Shown here: one piece after another, positions 61,060 to 64,000 of the stretch
Layout: each line of letters opens with the position of its first letter
Position numbering within the stretch: position 1 is the stretch's first letter
From: Eutreptiella sp. 'Long Island Sound 2002'
Lineage: Eukaryota; Protista; Euglenida
Length of the DNA: 64,000 nucleotides
Direction: 5' to 3'
Assembly (NCBI GenBank): GCA_964036045.1
Contig: OZ038378.1
Coordinates: forward strand, 194,866,001 to 194,930,000
Translations under genes and position numbers: made by a program
The notes under the pieces: generated by a model
What the model saw: the letters and a program-made list of their open reading frames with translations, nothing else
Database searches by the model: none
Told to the model about the DNA's origin: nothing

Positions 61060-62951
61060 GTATGCTGCTGTCTGGGACACACACACACCTTCACTTCTGG
61101 GACCTCGCTCCTACATCCCCCTCCTACATCCCCTGAAGGGAGTTGCATGCACCATGCAAAGTTGTTGTATGCTCTTTGCCCCATTTTGGGCCCTATGGCA
61201 CGATGTTGGGGTTTGTACACCAGGTGTACTCTGGTGGGGTGCGTGCGACTGCCTCTTCCATTCTTCCACCTGTTTGTGCATTGTGTTCGGCTCTTGGCCA
61301 CAGCCAGAGCGCAACTGCCACAGCGGGTGCTGCGGGGGAACATGTTCCATGGATTCATGGCCTCCACGAATGAATGGCAACCGCCCAGAAGCCACAGGAA
61401 GTAACAGCAACCATTCAGAAGCCTCTAGCCTCTGGGAATCCTGCTGCGGTGTTTCTGAGAGGGCCTCATCACTGGGCAAATCTCTGGAAACATCAAAAAA
61501 CTGCCGCACCATCCAGCCGCCGTGTGACAACTCCCCGTTGGAAGTCTTCCTCAGGGATGGATACAGCATGGATATCATTGTTTGGGTGGGATAGGGGGGA
61601 TCGGAATGAGTTGGGATACGGCCTCCTCCGGTGGTCAGGACGCCCGTACCTGCCCGAAGAGCAGTCCCCACTGTGCGGTCGCAAGGCCTGCTGGACTGCT
61701 GGCAGCCCCTCGACCCTAGAGCAAGTTTTCAGCCAACCTTTGCCAGCCTGATAATGACTGATTCCCCATCCTGCACTGGGGGGGTTGCCTGAAAAAGGGA
61801 CCTGGAATCCCCGCCATTGGTCTGCAGGGTTCATCCCCCCGCCACCTTGTCCGAGCAACGGTAAATTTATGGTGGCGCCTCATGGCGCTGTCTCTATGAC
61901 AATGCACTGTGAGAGTTCCCAGAGAGATTCTGGAGGGCAACAACTGTTGTCGATCTATGGCCAAGCAATGGTAAATGACCAGAAATTGACGGAACCACGC
62001 TTTGTGTTGCTTGGACAAGTGCGTTACACTGTGCATGGTACATGCGGAAACACATGGTGTACTATTCTGAAAAGCAAGGGGCAAAATATGCCACAAAGGC
62101 CATCATGCCCAAATCAGCTGCCTTGACACAAAATATGAACATCCTGCATCTCAAAACCAAGGTATCAGACAGCACACATGGCACACAGTGGGACCAATTG
62201 AACAATGCACCGCCAAAATCCATGGTGTGACAATTGACGGAAACAACGCCTACTGTTGCTTGGGCATAGGCGTTGCTTGGACAAGGCGGGAGCACCTGAC
62301 ATGGCAGGTGCGCGGCGTGGAGATTTAGCTGTCTAGCAGGGTAGGAAAAGTCCACAATCCAGCAAGGAGAGCCCCAACTAGGGTGGTGGTTGCTCCCAAT
62401 GGGCCGTCTTCTGTATTTTCACCTCGAGGGGCACTGGATAGGGCAAGACGGAGGGATGTGTTCACGGTTCTTGTACCCAAGGGTTTGCCCTCATGAGGGG
62501 ACATTTTGTGAGGGGGTAAAAGCCAACCCATTCCGGGTGACCCGCCGTAAAAGTAGCGCGGCGCAGATACTCCCCCATGGGGGGGGGGTAAGAAAGAAGA
62601 AAAACAGTGACATGGGTCTGGGCCAGATATAGTGGCCACAGTAGCCCAACAACTGATTATCTATCCCACACCCCACTTCAGGGGCAGAAGCAGCTCTTGT
62701 GAGCAGAGGGACAACTGCCCCGCTCTCTTATCCCTCTGAGCACTCAACACCCTGCACACCGGAGACTCTGCTGAGTGTACAACGCACACCGCACACCGCA
62801 TACCCTACATCGATGGCTTGCTTTGCATGCAAAGTGTCAAATGGGAAAATGCCATGCCAAAACAGTAGTATGCAGAAGGACGCGAGGATGCATAGTGGTG
62901 GTTGTGCGTCTGTGTGCATGCGCGTGATCACAGTGAGTCTCTCTGCAATAG

Positions 62952-62995
62952 AGGTGTTGACTATCTTGCAGGCAACATAGCGGATCTGGCCCCAG
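62952..62995 (+). CDS. Candidate PG-repeat gene exon I (GVDYLAGNIADLAPG)
   Basis: AG acceptor fits the phase 2 end of exon H. The 3' boundary is uncertain (62995 or 63000). Confidence 0.5.
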
Positions 62996-63595
62996 GTTCA
63001 GTGGTCAACAGCTTAATACCAGGGGCTGACTGGGGCGATTTTTTTTTTCATTCGGGTCCGATTTGTTCTTCTGCGTCTTCGTTGTCAACCAAAACTCAGA
63101 ACCGGATTAAGGGGAGGCCCACATGCCAAATGCGGTAGGGCAGTGGGTTCATTTGTGCTAAGCCGGGAGCAGTTGTACAAAGGTGGGGCGGGCAGGGAGG
63201 GGCCAGTTGCACTATGTATGTTTGCAAGTGCCTTGGCGCGCTCATGGGAAGTTGTGGTGATAAGAGGGTGGGGGCGGAGGGCAATGGTACAAACTTAGGG
63301 CCAGGGGGCCTACATGTACTGGGGGGGGGGGGAGACCAGCCGTGAGGGGGGAAAGGACATATGGTGGACGGCCGGGATTGCTGTGTGTGGTAGAAACCTA
63401 TCGATTGTTTAAACCTCAATGTTGTCTTACTCCAACTTACTCTAATGACACCATGCAAAACATGGCTCTCGTTGTTGGCCAGGTTTGGAAGCATGTAGTT
63501 CCAACCTTGGCTGATCACGAAGACTTCATTGATTGTGTGCCAGCAGAATGCAACTGGAGAAACAGGGCACCTGGGCCTAGTATGCACGAAGTCGC

Positions 63596-63700
63596 CCCCC
63601 CCTACCTCCCCCCCCTACCTACCCCCCCCCCTACCCCCCCCCCTACCTCCCCCCCCTACCTCCCCCCCCTACCTCCCCCCCCCTACCTCCCCCCCCTACC
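63596..63700. repeat. (C5-8 TACCT/TA)n tandem; G-quadruplex-forming pattern on the minus strand
   Basis: About 10 C-runs separated by TA or TACCT. Confidence 0.9.
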
Positions 63701-63759
63701 TTCAGCTCGCTTCGCTCGACAGACGGCTCGCTTCGCTCGACGCGGGGGCCAGCCCCCGC

Positions 63760-64000
63760 ACCCCCCTTAAATAACATGACTCCTGCGGTGGCCACAGACC
63801 GCCTTGTGTGTGCACCGCCTTTTGTGTGTACCGCCTTGCCTGTGGCCCCTTAAATAACAAGACTCCTGCGGTGGCCACAGGCCGCCTTTTGTGTGTTCCG
63901 CCTTGTGTGTGCACCGCCTTCTGTGTGCACCGCCTTGCCTGTGGCCCCTTAAATAACAAGACTCCTGCGGTGGCTACAGACCGCCTTTTGTGTGTTCCGC
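63760..64000 (+). repeat. Tandem array (unit about 80-110 bp with ACCGCCTT subrepeats), runs off the window
   Basis: CCCCTTAAATAACA.GACTCCTGCGGTGGC at about 63763, 63846 and 63945. Confidence 0.9.

Noticed and set aside
57803-61594. 232 aa, 216 aa (53635) and 376 aa ORFs as whole genes
   Set aside because: Each is one real exon extended through GC-rich intron sequence.
5100-62560. TAAAAGTAGCGCG at about 5101, 6276 and 62546
   Set aside because: Flanks are unrelated and one copy is simply RNase H coding sequence; no function can be supported.
63760-64000. Repeat-spacer look of this array (and of 29076-29203 and 3410-3742) as CRISPR
   Set aside because: The intervening sequences are themselves repeats, there are no cas genes, and the context is eukaryotic.

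Overview
Eukaryotic, repeat-dense genomic DNA. There is no operon structure, rRNA or CRISPR array. The host component is one intron-rich + strand gene. Its GT-AG exons, read by hand, chain in compatible phases from 38637 to about 62995 and encode a sperm-tail PG-rich (SHIPPO/ODF3/STPG-like, PGPGxY) repeat protein, implying a flagellated organism. A further candidate exon lies at 1990-2098. Most of the rest is transposon-derived. Two tyrosine-recombinase (YR) retrotransposons from different families (13819-21446 and 21874-27960) have gag-YR-RT/RNaseH order, as in VIPER/TATE, and split direct repeats A1...B1-A2...B2. The right end of a third lies at 40829-41290. There is also a near full-length APE-RT-zinc finger-RNaseH LINE (about 31090-37700), several LINE relics, an internally deleted P-element-like transposase, a probable hAT relic, tRNA-like Pol III modules, a recent 1.2 kb duplication, and many tandem and G/C-run repeats. 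Most interesting: all three YR elements share a palindromic circle junction AAC-NNTA-GTT. The two complete ones sit in the same host repeat, whose empty site is also in the window (8385-8990), so the recombination geometry can be read directly. In addition, three different LINE 3' ends are each followed by a tRNA-like module. A euglenozoan-type host is only an inference. All protein family assignments come from motif recognition by eye, not database searches.
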